Assembly: GCF_004010195.1 (NCBI RefSeq)
Contig: NC_057720.1
Span: forward strand, 17,579,558 to 17,643,557
DNA from: Chiloscyllium plagiosum
Lineage: Eukaryota
Direction: 5' to 3'
DNA: 64,000 bases
Shown: piece after piece, positions 1 to 12,944 of the stretch
Layout of the letters: every line of letters starts with the position of its first letter
How positions within the stretch are numbered: position 1 is the first letter of the stretch
Made by a program: the position numbers and the translations under genes
The notes under the pieces: model-generated
What the model saw: the letters and a program-made list of their open reading frames with translations, nothing else
Told to the model about the DNA's origin: nothing
The model's database searches: none

Positions 1-643
1 CAGATCCCTGTGGACAGCAGTGTTGTGCTGATGGAGAGCTGCACTTTTCACATCCTTCTAGATATTTAAGATACTGCCTTTTGATGTATAAAAGAGACCA
101 TATAAATATAATAACCTAAGATTCTTCACAGGAGCATTATAAAACAAAGTAAGACACGATGCAACTTAAGGAAATATTAGGCCAGACATTCAGAAAACTT
201 AGAGATTTTAACAGCATGAAAAGAGGCCCTTCAGTCCATGTCTGTATTGGTCATCAAACATCCATCTCTTCTATTCCCATTTTCCACCACTTGGCCCATC
301 GTGTTTTATGCAATAGCATTTTAAATGCACATCTAAATGGTTCTTCAATGTCTTTAGTGCTCCAACCTCTACTATGCTTTTGGATAATGGGTTCCAGATA
401 CCTATGACCTCTAGGTGAATTTATATTTTCCCTTCTAATCCCTTTTAAACCTCCAGCTCCTTCCCTTAAAACTATACCCCCTGGTTATTGACTCTTTCAC
501 TATGGGGAGCAGTTATTTCCAATGTACCTTATACGCTCTCTGCTTTGTACACCATAGAGAGCAATTGGGCTGAGGCATCTGTAGGTATGGTAGCCAATGA
601 TGGAACAATCGAAATGATGTGGGGTAGGGTGCTCAAGAGACCA

Positions 644-772
644 GGAGAAAGTGAGGACTGCAAATGCTGGAGATCAGAGCTGAAAAATGTGTTGCTGGAA
701 AAGCGCAGCAGGTCAGGTAGCATCCAAGGAGCAGGAGAATCGACGTTTCGGGCATAAGCCCTTCTTCAGGAA
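644..772 (-). mobile_element. Short PLE-derived insertion (family B), one arm, with hammerhead motif
   Basis: 14-bp TSD tgctcaagagacca at 630-643 and 773-786; same sequence as fold-back copies at 25470, 33122, 36442, 44474. Confidence 0.85.
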
Positions 773-774
773 TG
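737..774 (-). ncRNA. Minimal type-I hammerhead ribozyme motif, family B
   Basis: Minus strand reads CAUUC-CUGAAGA-A-GGGC(UUAU)GCCC-GAAA-C-GUC-GAUUC; core intact, stem I weak. Confidence 0.7.
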
Positions 775-819
775 CTCAAGAGACCACAATTAAAGGAGCT
801 ACAATATGCAGGCTATGGG

Positions 820-1530
820 AAAGAGTGAGGGAATTGAGGAATTTGGAAAAAGGAGTAGAGACATTTTGTGATTGTGAGTTAGTGAACATGAGAGTTGGGT
901 GGTGGGGAGCTGGTGTCAGTTAAGACATGGGGAAGGGAGTTTTGGTGACTTTGAGTTTACAAAGTATAGAATGAGCAAGAAGCCATCAGGATTTGTCACC
1001 AGCATTGGAATAGTTCAGTTCAAAGGCACCCAAGTCCTGAATAAGAATTTCAGCAGATGAGCTGAGACAGGCAACATCTAGTGGTGATATTGAGGTGGAA
1101 TAGGGATTTTGCCGCAGAAAGGTGGTGATAAACTCCTTTCTGTTTGACTGACACCAAGATCGCAAAGAGACTGGATCAATCTTTGTTTCCAGGAGGATGG
1201 AATCAGCAGCTGGGAAGTGGAGCTTGGAATGGGATCTGAAAACAATGGTTATAGTTTTCCTGCTTTTTCTTATTTAGAAGAAATTTCTAGTGATCTTATT
1301 TGTGATGAGCAACCTAATAATTGAGCAACAGTAGAAGATTGAGGGTAATGGCCATGTGTAAACTAACCCTGTTTCTTTTAGATGATGTTGCTGAGGGGCA
1401 GCATGCAGTTTGGAAATAGGAGGTCACTAAGCATAGATTCCTGAGAGATACCAGGCACCAATGGTGTAGCAGTAAGAAGAGAAGTGAATGCAAGTTATTT
1501 TCTTCCTATACAAGTCGATCAGAATGGAAC
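820..1530 (-). mobile_element. Decayed L2-like LINE fragment
   Basis: Minus strand near 1385-1455 reads GISQESMLSDLLF..MLPLSNII, a degenerate GVPQGS.LGPLLF..YMLPLG.II RT motif. Confidence 0.55.
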
Positions 1531-1536
1531 CGAGTA

Positions 1537-1820
1537 ATTAGATTTCCTACAGTGTGGAAACAGACCCTTTGGCCCAACCAGTCCACATCAACCCACTGAA
1601 GAGTAACCCACCCAGACCCATTTCCCTCTGACTAATGCACCTAACGCTATGGGCAACGTATCATGGCCAGTTCACCTGACCTGCACATCTTTGGACTGTG
1701 GGAGGAAACCGGAGCACCCGGAGGAAACCCATGCAGACATGGTGAGAATTATGCCAACTCCACACAGACAGTCACCCGAGGCTGGAATCGAACCTAACTA
1801 CTGAGACACCATGCCGCCCC
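1537..1820 (-). mobile_element. HE1-type shark tRNA-SINE
   Basis: tRNA-like head at the right end, conserved body, LINE-like 3' tail with aatct repeat; homologous to other copies in window. Confidence 0.85.
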
Positions 1821-2708
1821 AATTGTATTCCCATCTAGCTGGAAGACTCGAGGTGTTGAAGGTGGTGGGAGGTTGACCACTTTATAGGCTTCAGACAGAT
1901 CACGAAAGAAATTTTTAACTTTATCTTGTGTTTTGAAGCATTGTCTGCTTCAAGCTAACTTTAAAATGAAGTTTGGACTTTTCCAATGGAAAGAGAATGC
2001 ACAATGTTTTTAAGCCGTATTTGCTGTCTGATTTAAAGTCAGTGATGTGGAAATGCTGCATCAGTACTGTAGTACAGGGTAGATTCCGGTTAATTTAATC
2101 CCATTCTTTATAAAGCTAACAAAAACCAATTGTACAGATTTGAATGATGGAGTTATAAAGTGGTTCAGGGGCATTATCCTATTTTTAAACTGGCTGTGTG
2201 TCAAAAATCATTCAGCTTCCTAATTGCATCAATTCAGATAATGCTCTGCATGGATCCAGTGACCTATGTGAAGGCATAATGTAATCCGTTTACAGGGGAA
2301 AAAGATCTTGCTGTCCGACTTATTTTAAAATTATACATTTTGCATAAAGGAACATTGTTCACATTCAAAAATGCTTTTGTGAAATGTATTTTCTTTTAGC
2401 TTATTTTAAATAACAGAAATACATAAATTATGATTGGGTTAATTTGCCTTGTATAAAGTGCTGATGGCATTGCTCAGCTGGTGAGGGAAGTGCAAAGGGA
2501 AGGATCAATTACTTCACCTTGACAGTATGAGGAAGCACACCTTCCATTATTAAATATAGATGTTGTCCCATTAGACTCCGCTTGAACTGATCTATATTTT
2601 TAATTGAAAAAGGAATGCAGCATTGATCTATGAACTCTTCATAACTGTCCCAAGATGAAAAATCAAAGGAAATAAACCAACCTTAACCATAATGTATCTC
2701 ATGGTAGT

Positions 2709-3550
2709 GTACAAACACACACACAAGAAGTTGCAACAAGACACTATTCAAAAGGGCCACAACACACTGCAGTACACCAGAACTGCAAAAAGAGGAAGAA
2801 GAACACCTATAAAATGTATTCGCCAAAAACATATACCCGCGCAATTTCATCAACAGATGCCTAAGGGAAAGACAACGGAACGAGGACGTGCAGCAACCCA
2901 AAGGACTAGCCACACTACCATATACCAAGAGTATTTCCGAACTGACAGCCAGACTACTGCGACCACTAGGACTCATAACAGCACACAAACCAACAGCCAC
3001 TCTCAGACAACAACTCACCAGAACGAAGGACCCGATACCAGCATGAGCAAAACCAATGTAGTGTACAAAATCCTATGTAAGAACTGCACAAAACGCTACA
3101 TAGGACAAACAGCTAATGATCCGCATCCATGAACACCAGCTAGCCACGAAACGACACGACCAGCTATCCTTAGTAGCCACACACGCAGATGATGACAAGC
3201 AACATGAATTCGACTGGGACAACACTACTATTATAGGACAAGCCAAACAGAGAACAGCCAGGGAATTCCTAGAGGCATGGCACTCATCCACAGATTCAAT
3301 CAATAAGCACATCGACCTGGACCCAATATACCGACCACTGCAACGGACAGCTGGAACTGACAACCGGAAGCAGCAGATTCAAACCACTACAAATGCCAGA
3401 GGAAAGATCACAGAAGCGCTTCACAGGAGGCTCCCAAGCACTGAGGATGTCACCGAGACAGGAGACGAAACGTCTGCAACGCAAATTCCTAGCTCAGTGA
3501 ACAGAACCACAACAATGAGCACCCGAGTTACAAATCTTCTCTCAAACTTT
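2709..3550 (+). mobile_element. Penelope-like element 3' part (GIY-YIG endonuclease + pLTR), family A
   Basis: Frameshifted NVVYKILCKNC..YIGQT / RIHEH...HEFDW...REFLEAW; hammerhead motif downstream. Confidence 0.9.
3438..3477 (+). ncRNA. Minimal type-I hammerhead ribozyme motif, family A
   Basis: GCA-CUGAGGA-U-GUCACC(GAGACA)GGAGAC-GAAA-C-GUC|UGC; stem I GCA/UGC; predicted cleavage after 3474. Confidence 0.75.
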
Positions 3551-3611
3551 GATCTTATTACACACGTCTGGAGCAGGTGGGACTTGAACCTGGGCCTCCT
3601 GGCTCAGAGTC

Positions 3612-3880
3612 TCAGAGGTGTAAAGCGCAGGAACAGTCCCTTTGGTCCAACTCATCAATGCCAACCAGATATCCTAAATTAATCTAGTTCCACTTGCCAG
3701 CACTTGGCCTGTATCCCTCTAAACTCTTCCTAATCATGTACCATCCAGATGCCTTTTGAATGTTGTAATTGTACCCACCGCCACAATTTCCTTTTTGGCA
3801 GCTTATTCTGTACAGGCACACCCTCTGCATGGAAAAAGTTGCCCCTTCGGTCCCTTTTGAATTTTTCCCCTCTCAGCCTA
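3612..3880 (-). mobile_element. HER1/CR1 LINE 3' end
   Basis: Reverse complement of the 3' region seen at 8480-8720 and 62008-62270. Confidence 0.8.
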
Positions 3881-4149
3881 ATCTTTTAAGGATGCTATAG
3901 CTATTCAACTCTTTGCACCAAATTTGCTATTCAATTTGATCATTATTAATCGAACCTCTCCACCTAGGTCACTGTGTCTGTGTGGTTAGGGACTTCAGGG
4001 CGGATTTCAGAGGCTGGTGCAGGTCTCTCTCGTGTTTTAACAAAACCTCTGTCAGGAGATTACAATTTACGTAGAGATTCCCTTATATGATGCAGGAAGT
4101 ATTGTTTTACATGTTTCTTGATTTTGGAGCATCTCCTGTTTTGTGAGCA

Positions 4150-4420
4150 AATAATTTCTTTTGGAGTATAGTCACTGCTGCGTAGAACCTGGCAGTTAGC
4201 AAAGCCACTGATACAGCAGTGAGATAAATAAGCAGATCACTTGTTTAGTTAGTTTTTGACTAGGACAACAGGAGAACTCTGTTGCTCCTCTGCTGTTCTT
4301 TGGACGGTGCCTTTATACTGTTAACATTCAACTGTTAACATGAGTGGGTACATATTGACTTGTCATCTGATCACAAATGCAGCATCTCTGACTGTAGTAC
4401 CACCTCAATCCTGTATCGGT
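4150..4420 (-). mobile_element. Ancient Deu-domain-like SINE remnant (SacSINE1/AmnSINE1-like)
   Basis: Degenerate ggacaacaggagaactc...tgctcctc...gcatctctgactgtagtaccacctca resembles recalled Deu domain. Confidence 0.4.
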
Positions 4421-6033
4421 CTATGTGAAAGGTTTAAACTAGAATGACGGGCATGGGAGCCTAAGGAGGGAGACGGAGGAGGGAGAAACAAGAACAGGGA
4501 CAAAAGACAAAAGTCCTAAGCAGAAATGGAAGGCAGAAAAAAAGAGGACTGTAAATAAAACTAAGATGACTAGCAACTAACAAAAAAAGTCTAAAAGGTT
4601 TGTCTTGTGTGGAGCGTTGGCTTTAATGTTACGGATTCACAGATGTAATGAATTAAAGATATAAATAGATATAAACAGTTAAGATGAAGTTGTGGCTACA
4701 GGAGGCATGGCTGCAGGGTGAATAAGAATGGGAAATGAACATCCAGCCTTATTCAGTATTTAGAAAGGACACAAAAATGAGAGGAGGTAAGTAAACCTTT
4801 GTTAGTCAAGGAACAAATCAATGCAATAGTGAGGATGGATATTGGCTCTGAAATCGTAATGTGGAATCCGTTTGGGTGAAGACAAGAAACAGCGGGGAGC
4901 AGAAAACATTGAGGGTTATCTATAAGCTGTCAAATAGTAATGGAGATATAAGGCAAGGCTTACAGAAGAAATCAGAACAAGTTGGGTGTTATGCAAATGA
5001 GAGGATTAATTAACTGATAATTAATTATCTTTTTTTTTGGTGGGATCACCTGGGGAAGTGTGACTATAATATGCTAGAATTTTTCACAAAATGGAGTAAA
5101 GTAGTCGGGTCCTTAATAAAAGAAACTGAGGCGCAAATTGATAACGATGAATTGACAAACCTTGCAAAATGGGTTGACTGTGAAAAGGCATTGGTTTATA
5201 TTTAAAGAACATGTTGTAATTCACACATACAATTGTTCTTTCCTGTCTGGTGCAAGATAAGAGGGAAGGTGGGTCAACCATAAGCAAACACAAGAAATTA
5301 GGGAGAGGGGACATATAAAATTGATAGAATAAGAAGCCAGCCTGATTATTGGGAGCATTTTAGAATTCAGTAAAAGAGGGCAAAAGTTTTGATCAAGAAA
5401 GGGAACTTGTAGAATGAGAGTAAAGTTGAAGTGAATATGGAAATTGACCATAAAATCTCAAATAAATATGTATAGAGAAAAATTAGTAATGACAAATTAT
5501 TATCAAAAAGGGGAACAAAGTTGTGGTAGAACAATCTTGGGGCGCAAGATACACCAGGAGATAGAAAAGACAAAGTTGCAGTGATCATGGAGGATTTCAG
5601 TATGCAGATGGACTGGGAAAATCAGGTTGGTAGTGGATTGCAAGAAGAGGAATTTATGGAAAGTCTACAAGATGGCATTTTGGACCAGCTTGTGGTGGAG
5701 CCCCCTAGGGAACAGGAAATACTGGATTTAGTGTTGTGCAATGAGGCAGACTTGATAAGGGAGGTGAAGGTGAAGGATCCCTTAGGAGGAAGTGATCATA
5801 TGATTGAATTTACTCTGCAATTTGAGAGGGAGAAGATAGAATCAGAGGTAACATATTACAGCTGAATAAAGGCAACTATGGAGGCATGAAGGAGGAGCTG
5901 AGTAGAATTGACTGGAAGAGAAGCCTAGCAGGATAGATAGTGGAACAGCAATGGCAGGAGTTTCTGGGAGTAATTCAGAAGACACAGCAGAGATTCATCC
6001 CAAGGAAAAAGGAGCATGGTACAGGGAGGATGA

Positions 6034-6113
6034 TGAAGGGCTTTTGCCCGAAATATCGATTTTCCTGCTCTGCTGCCTGACCTGTGCTTTTCTAGCACCA
6101 CTCTGATCTAAAC
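6034..6113 (+). mobile_element. 80-bp family-B PLE fragment nested in CR1
   Basis: 13-bp TSD acagggaggatga at 6021-6033 and 6114-6126; begins within a degenerate hammerhead. Confidence 0.8.
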
Positions 6114-6398
6114 ACAGGGAGGATGAGGCAACTATGGCTGACTAGGGAAGTCAGGGATAGCATAAAAGCAAAAAATAAAGCATATAATATGGTGAAGTGG
6201 GAAACCATGGGAAGTTTGCAAACTTCTCAACAGACAGCAAGAAAAAAAGAAATAGAGGGAGCAGATTAAATGAGAGTAAGTTAGCCAGTAATATAGAAGA
6301 TCTGGATCAACACAGGCTTGGAGGGCCGAAGGGCCTTTATTGTGGGCTGTAATTTTCTTTTGTTCTTAAAGGAAGACTGTAAGAGTTCCTTTAGATAT

Positions 6399-6760
6399 GG
6401 GGTGGCATGATGGCTCAGTGGTTAGCACTGCTGCCTCACGGTGCCAGGGACCTGGGTTTGATTCCAGCCTTGGGCAACTGTGTGTGTGTGTGTGGTTTAC
6501 ATATTCTCCCCGTGTCTGCGTGAGTTTCCTCCAGGTGCTCTGGTTTCTTCCCACACTCCAAAGATGTGCATGTTCGGTGAATTGGCCATGCAAAACTGCC
6601 TATAGTGTTCAGGGATGTGTAGGTTAGGTGCATTAGTCAGAGGGAAGTGTAGAGTAAAAGGGGAATGGATCTGGGTGGGTTACTCTTCAGAGGGTCAGTG
6701 TGGACTTGCTGGGCCGAAGGGCCTGTTTCTACACTGTAGGGCTTCTAATTCCAATTCCAG
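6399..6760 (+). mobile_element. HE1-type tRNA-SINE
   Basis: A box tggctcagtgg, B box gggtttgattcc, LINE-derived tail. Confidence 0.88.
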
Positions 6761-7245
6761 TTCCAATATATAAAGGGCAAAAGTGGACATTGGCTGCTGG
6801 AAAATGACACAGGAGAGATAGTGGTGGTGAACAAAGAAATGGCTGAGGAACTGAAATACTTTGCATCATTCTTCACACTGGACGACGCTACTAATATCCC
6901 AAACATTCAAGAGAGTGAGGGGGCAGAGCTGAGCTTGGTGGCCATCACCAAGGAGAAGGTGCTAGAAAAACTGGCCTGAAAGTAGATAAATCACCTGGAC
7001 CAGATGGATATTGGTGATTGATATCTAATTGTTTGTCACAAAAAAATCTAACAATAGTGCGATTTTGAAGTTGTTAACAAAAGGAATAAAATAATTAAAG
7101 GTGGAGTCTTGGAACCTCACTCAACTCGCCCCCTTCCAAAGCCATTTCAAGGCAGTTTGCCATTTCAAAAAGTAGGACTTTGGCATCCAATATTCCTAGC
7201 TTCCATGTCAATCCAGTCAGAAATAGTGTTTCTGCCACTCTTGTT

Positions 7246-8720
7246 TGTGGGAAGTGATTGCTGGGCCCCTTGCTGAGATATTTAGATTAGATTCCCTATT
7301 GTATCTTGGATAGTCACAGGTGAGGTGCCGGAAGACTGGAGGTTGGCTAATGTGGTGCCACTATTTAAGAAAGGTGGTAAGGACAAGCCAGGAATTATAG
7401 ACTGGTGAGCCTGACATCAGTGGTGGGAAGTTGTTGGAGAGAATCCTGAGATACAGAATTTAGATGTATTTGGAAAGGCAAGGACTGATTAGGAATAGTC
7501 AACATGGCTTTGTGCGTGGGAAATTGACTCATGAACTTGATTTGAGTCTTTTGAAGAAGTAACAAAGAGATTGATGAGGGCAGCGCAGTAGAAGTGATCT
7601 GTATGGACTTCGGTAAGGCATTTGACAAGGTTCCCCATGGGAGACTGGTTAGCAAGATTAGATCTCATGGAATATGGGGAAAACTAGCCATTTGGATACA
7701 GAACTGGCTTGAAGGTAGAAGACAGAGGGTGCTGGTCGAGGGTTGTTTTTTCAGCCTGGAGGCCTGTGATGAGTGGAGTGCCAAAAGGATTGGTGCTGGG
7801 TCCATACTTTTCATTTATATAGATAGTTTGGATGTGAGCATAATGAGTACAGTTAGTAAGTTTGCAGATGACACCAAAATTGGAGGTGTAGTGGACAGGG
7901 AAGGAGGTTACCTCAGATTACAACAGGATCTTGATCAGATGGGCCAATGGGCTGATAAGATTAATTCAGATAAATGTGAGTTGCTGCATTTTGGGAAAGC
8001 AAATCTTAGCAGGGCTTGTACACTTAATGATAAGGTCCTGGAGAATGTTGTTCAACAAAAAAACCTTGGAGTGCAGGCTCATAGCTCCTTCAAAGTGGAG
8101 TTACAGGTAGATAGAATAGTGAGGAAGGCGTTTGGTATGCTTTCCTTTATTGATCTGTGTATTGAGTACAGGAGTTGGGAGATCATGTTGCGACTGTACA
8201 GGACATTGGTTAGGCCACTTTTGGAATATTGCATGCAATTCTGGTCTCCCTCTAATTGGAAGGTTGCTGTGAAACTTGAAAAGGTTCAGAAAAGATTTAC
8301 AAGGATGTTGCCAGGGCTGGAGGATTTGAGGTTGAATAAGCTTGGGGCTGTTATCCCTGGAGCGTCGGAGGCTGAGGGGTGACCTTACAGGTTTATACAA
8401 TTGAAGGGCATGGATAGGATAAATAGACAAAGACTTTTCCCTGGGGTGAGGAAGTCCAGAACTAGAGTGCATAGGTTTAGAGTGAGGGGAAAGATATAAA
8501 AGACACCTAAGGAGCAACGTACTGACTCAATGTTGCATGTATGGAGTGAGCTGCCAGAGGAAGTGATAGAAGCTGGTATAATTGCAATGAATAGGAAGGG
8601 TTCGGAGGGATATGGGCCAGGTGCTGGCAGGTGGAACTAGATTAGGTTAGAATATCTGGTCAGCATGGACAAGTTGGACCGTATGATCTGTTTCTGTGCT
8701 GTACATCTCTATGACTATGA
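7246..8720 (+). mobile_element. HER1 (CR1-clade) LINE, 5'-truncated
   Basis: RT motifs MDFGKAFDKVPH, SKFADDTK, LVRPLLEYC; ctatga-repeat tail. Confidence 0.9.
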
Positions 8721-10199
8721 CTACATCCCAGAGTTCTAAGGGAGAGAGATGAAGTGGTAGTGGAGGCAAGGTGATCTTTCAGGAATAAGGAGAATCATGG
8801 AGGGTCCCAGAGGACTGGAAAATTGCTAACATGACACCCCTGTTTAAAAATGAGCAAGGCAAAAGACTGAAAGTTACAGACCGATTGGCCTAACCTCAAT
8901 AGTGGGTAAGATCCTGGAATCCATTGTGAAGGATGAGATTTCTGAATACTTGGAAGTGTGTGATTAAAATAGGGCAAAGTCAACATGGTTTCATCAAGGG
9001 GAGGTCATGCTTGACAAATTCTTGAAGTAGCCAGCAGGTTGAACCAAGGAAAGCCTATGGATGTTATCTACCTCTACTTCAAACAGGCTTTTGACAAGGT
9101 GCTGCACAGGAGGCTACTGAGTAAGATAAAGGCCCATGGTGTCAGAGGCAAGGTTTGACTCTCGGGTAGAAAGCGGAGAGTGGAGATAAAAGGGTCCTTC
9201 TCAGGGTGGCAAGTGGTGTTCCGCAAAGCTCAGAGCTGGGACCACAACCTTTCACTTTATTTATACATCTAAATGAAGGCGCTGAGGGCATTCTGGCTAA
9301 ATTTGCAGATGAATACAAAGATAGGTAGAGGGCCAGGAAGCATTGAGGAGGCATGGAGGCTGTAGATGAATGTGGACAGGTTAGGAGAGCGGGGAAAGAA
9401 GTGGCAGATGGAGTACGATGTGGGAAAATGTGAGTTCATGCACTTTGTTAGGAAGAATAGAGGCATGGATTATTTTTCTAAATGGGGAGAAGGTTCTGAA
9501 GTGCAAAGAGACTTGAGAGAATCCTGGACTAGAACTCCCAAGGTAAACTTGTAGGTTGAGTCAGTAGTTAGGAAGGCAAATGCAATTATGGCATTTTATT
9601 TTGAGAGGATTTGAATATAAAAGCAGGGATGTACTTCTGAGGGTCTATAAGGCTCTGGTGAGACCACATTTGGAGTATTGTGTGCAGTTTTGGGCCCTAT
9701 ATCTCAGGAAGGATGTACATTGGAGCGTGTTCAGAGGTGATCCATGAGAACGGTCCCAGGAATAAAAAGCTTAGGTCCATACTTGATGAATGATGAGGTG
9801 GGGATCTAATTGAAACATTCAAAATACTGAATGGTCTGGACGGTGTAGATGGTGGGAAGATCTTTCCATTGGTAGCAGCGATTAGGACCAGAGGGCACAG
9901 CCTTCGATTAAAGGGAAGACCTTTTAGAACAGAGATAAGGAGAAACAACTTCAGCCAGAGAGTGGTGAATCTATGGAATTCATTGCCACAAAAGGCTGTG
10001 GAGACCAGGTCATTGAGTATATTTAAGACTGAGATAGGTTCTTGAGGATTAAAGGTCAGTGGGAGAATGGGGTTGAGAAACTTATCAGCCATGATTGAAT
10101 GACCGAGCAGACTCCATGGTCTAAATGGCCTAAATGTTTTGCTCCCATGTCTTAATTGAGCACATACTTTGGTTCTATCCTCAAAACCGGGTATACATA

Positions 10200-11378
10200 C
10201 ATCTCCAGAAATGTTAGAGAGCCAAAAGGCTAGTTGTAGGGTTGAGTTGAGGGAATTATTATTGAGGCAAGTGTGAGGAAGATAGTGGTGCTATGGAAAC
10301 GAATGGGATTAATGGCAGCTGTTGAATCACCAGGACCTGATAATCTACATCCCTGAAAGTATCGGTTGCAGCAATGGTTGTCTTTCAAAATTCTATGGCT
10401 GCTGGAACAGTTCCAACAGATTCAATGATGGCAAATATAATCCCCACTTAAAATGGGAGTGAGAGAAACACTGAACAGTTAGCCCAACATCAGTAGTGTG
10501 GGGAAAAAGTCTAAAGAAGATGTGATAACCTTTAGAAAGCATAATGGCATTGCCAGCATGGTTAACAAATCTACTGGAATTTTTCAGGGTACATCTGGTA
10601 CAATAGATAAGGGAGAACAAGTGAATGTGGTATATTTGGATTTTCAGAAGACCTTTTTATTAAATTACCTTGCCGAGTTTAATGAACAAAGTTTAAAGTA
10701 TGTGGGTTAGGGGTAATGTATTGGTTTGAATTAAGAATTAGTTGAGAGAAAGGAAATGGTGAGAATAATAGATCTTTTTCCCAGTGGCAAGCAATGAGTA
10801 TCGCGGTACCATAGGGATCAGTGCTTGGTCTCCAGCTATTCATGATATGCATAAATGACTTGGATGAGGGGATCAAATGCAACATTTCTAAATTTGCTGA
10901 CTACATAAAACTGGGCTGAGATGTGAGGAAGCTGCAAGAGAATTTGGATGAGTTGAATGTATGGGCAAACGTGTGGCAGATGCAATGCAATGCAGTGTGG
11001 GTAAATGTGAGTTTTATATACTTGGGTGTGAAAAACAGAACTATATTATTGTTAGCATGGTTCCCTAGGTTGTGGAGCCTAAAACCAGAGGGCCCTGTCT
11101 CAGGATATAGGGGTAGACCATTTAGTACTGAGATGAAAAATTTATTCACTCAAAAGGTGAATCTGTACCACAGAGGGCTGTGGAGTCTGTCGCTGAATAT
11201 ATTGAAGAAAAATGAATAATTTTGTTTGAGAGTTTAAAGGTATGAAGCTATCTGGTTACTCAACCTAGAGGGAATGTTGATCAAGGGGTCTTGGGCGAAA
11301 GTGAGAAGATCACATTGAATGGTTGAACAGGCTTGTTGGGCCGAATGGCCTACTCTTACTCCTGGTTTCTGTTTCTAA
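10200..11378 (+). mobile_element. Older decayed CR1 LINE fragment
   Basis: VVYLDFQK, SKFAD remnants and CR1 3' UTR. Confidence 0.75.
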
Positions 11379-12755
11379 CCAGAAGTCCATTGCCTTTTGA
11401 GGGACCGCTTGAAAGTTTCATAGGTCAGACATGTGCTCACAACCCGACCTGCTGTTATTGTGTTTCATCTCTGCACTTTAAAAACCAGGTTTCCCTTGAT
11501 CACTAGCAGGGAGGATTGCAAGGAAGGCAATAAGTATTATCCTTGGCTCCAGTGGCAACGTTTAGTTTGAAGTGAGTTGATCACGAGTCAGTCTCCACCT
11601 TGGGACACTCATATTACCTTGTCCAGGGATTATAAAACCTTTATGTTGCTAAATCCCTTTAATGTTATAAAAATTCTGCGGACTCTTAAGATGAGTTTTT
11701 TTTTTTCCCTGTCTAAAATGTTATTGTTGTTTCAAAATCAGCTCACTTGGGAATTCCCATTTGCAGTTCCATATTTGTGTTCTGGAAGCATTTTATTTTG
11801 CTTTACTTTGGGAAAAGTAGTTGCAGAAGATTAATGCAATACATAGGAAGCAATTTCTATTAACATTTTGATTTCCTCTGGGAAGTCTATGGGAGTCGTG
11901 GTGTTCAGGGAACCCTGCAAGTAACTATACATTGGCAGTAATAGCTGCAGTGCTAAATAAATCCGATATGTGCATCCTGAAACTGAATGTTGTTTACTGC
12001 CATTGAGCAGCTTTATAACTCAATAGGGAGTTTGGCGATGGGACATAAATTAGTGATCAGCTTGCAAGGCTTATTTATACATAGTAGCTCGTGCATCTAG
12101 AGACAGCAGATATTTGAACTCCATTTTACAGACTTACAATACAGCACCACTAAGAGTGAAGTACCAAAAAAAAGCTATACTGTCTGAAATTCAATATTTG
12201 AATTTCCAGCTTGTAGGCTGGTGAACGAGGGTCATCTAGACCTAGAAGAGCTATTGTAAATCTCAGACTCATTCAGAAAACATGCAAGGGAAAGATTTAC
12301 AACTTTTTAAAAGATGTTATTTTAAACTTCCAAGTTGTAGTATGTAATCAGTATTGCAGAAAATAAAATCCTGTAGTTGGGAATTTGGTTTTACATTTTA
12401 AAAATTTGTCTTGCAGTTCATTATTAAGGATATTCCTGATTTGAAATGGTCAGCTAGGATTATTGTTCATTTGAACTTGATCCCACATTTAAATACAATT
12501 ATCCGTACAGTTAAATGATAGGGTTGTTGAACAACTCTGAAATTAATGATCCAGATTAATCTCTACTGAAGTTAATTGTTTCCTTAATCTGTTTCCTTGG
12601 GTTTGGCAGCTCTGTTAATTTAGTCCCTTAATATCATTGGGGCTCAATAGGTAGCCAATTGCAATGAATACTATCAAGACCATTGCTTTAGCTTTTAATT
12701 TCAGTTATTGCATTAACCATGTTTTAGACAAATTATAGCAACATAGAAGTAGGGT

Positions 12756-12944
12756 GATTTTGAGATGCCAGTGTTGGACTGGGGTGTACAAAGTTAAAAA
12801 TCACACAACACCAGGTTATAGTCCAACAGGTTTAATGAGAAGCACACTAGCTTTTGGAGCAGCGCTCTGAAACACAACCACCTGATGAAGGAGCGGCGCT
12901 CTGAAAGCTAGTGTGCTTCCAATTAAACCTGTTGGACTATAACC
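12756..12944. mobile_element. Fold-back PLE-derived mini-element, family C, with hammerhead
   Basis: Arms 12813-12860 / 12898-12945; TSD tagaagtagggt at 12744-12755 and 12945-12956. Confidence 0.85.
12879..12913 (+). ncRNA. Minimal type-I hammerhead ribozyme motif, family C
   Basis: CAC-CUGAUGA-A-GGAGC(GGC)GCUCU-GAAA-G-CUA|GUG; stem I CAC/GUG; G.U at base of stem II. Confidence 0.7.

Larger units (their letters stand above)
5570..10155 (+). mobile_element. Decayed CR1-type LINE ORF2 interrupted by nested insertions (6034-6113, about 6301-6366, 6399-6760, 7009-8720)
   Basis: APE motif ILDLVLCN...LGGSDH (ORF 5581-5865), RT motifs to 3' UTR; sequence resumes across 7008/8721 (gatgga|ctacatccc). 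Confidence 0.85.

Noticed and set aside
6399..6475. tRNA gene-like A/B boxes (also 31990, 41544, 41853)
   Set aside because: These are SINE heads continuing into SINE body and LINE-derived tail, not tRNA genes
7594..8382. 262-aa RT-like ORF and other RT or GIY-YIG ORFs (21694, 27878, 43467, 47138, 48127) as functional genes
   Set aside because: They are fragments of frameshifted, truncated retroelements; no intact autonomous element is present
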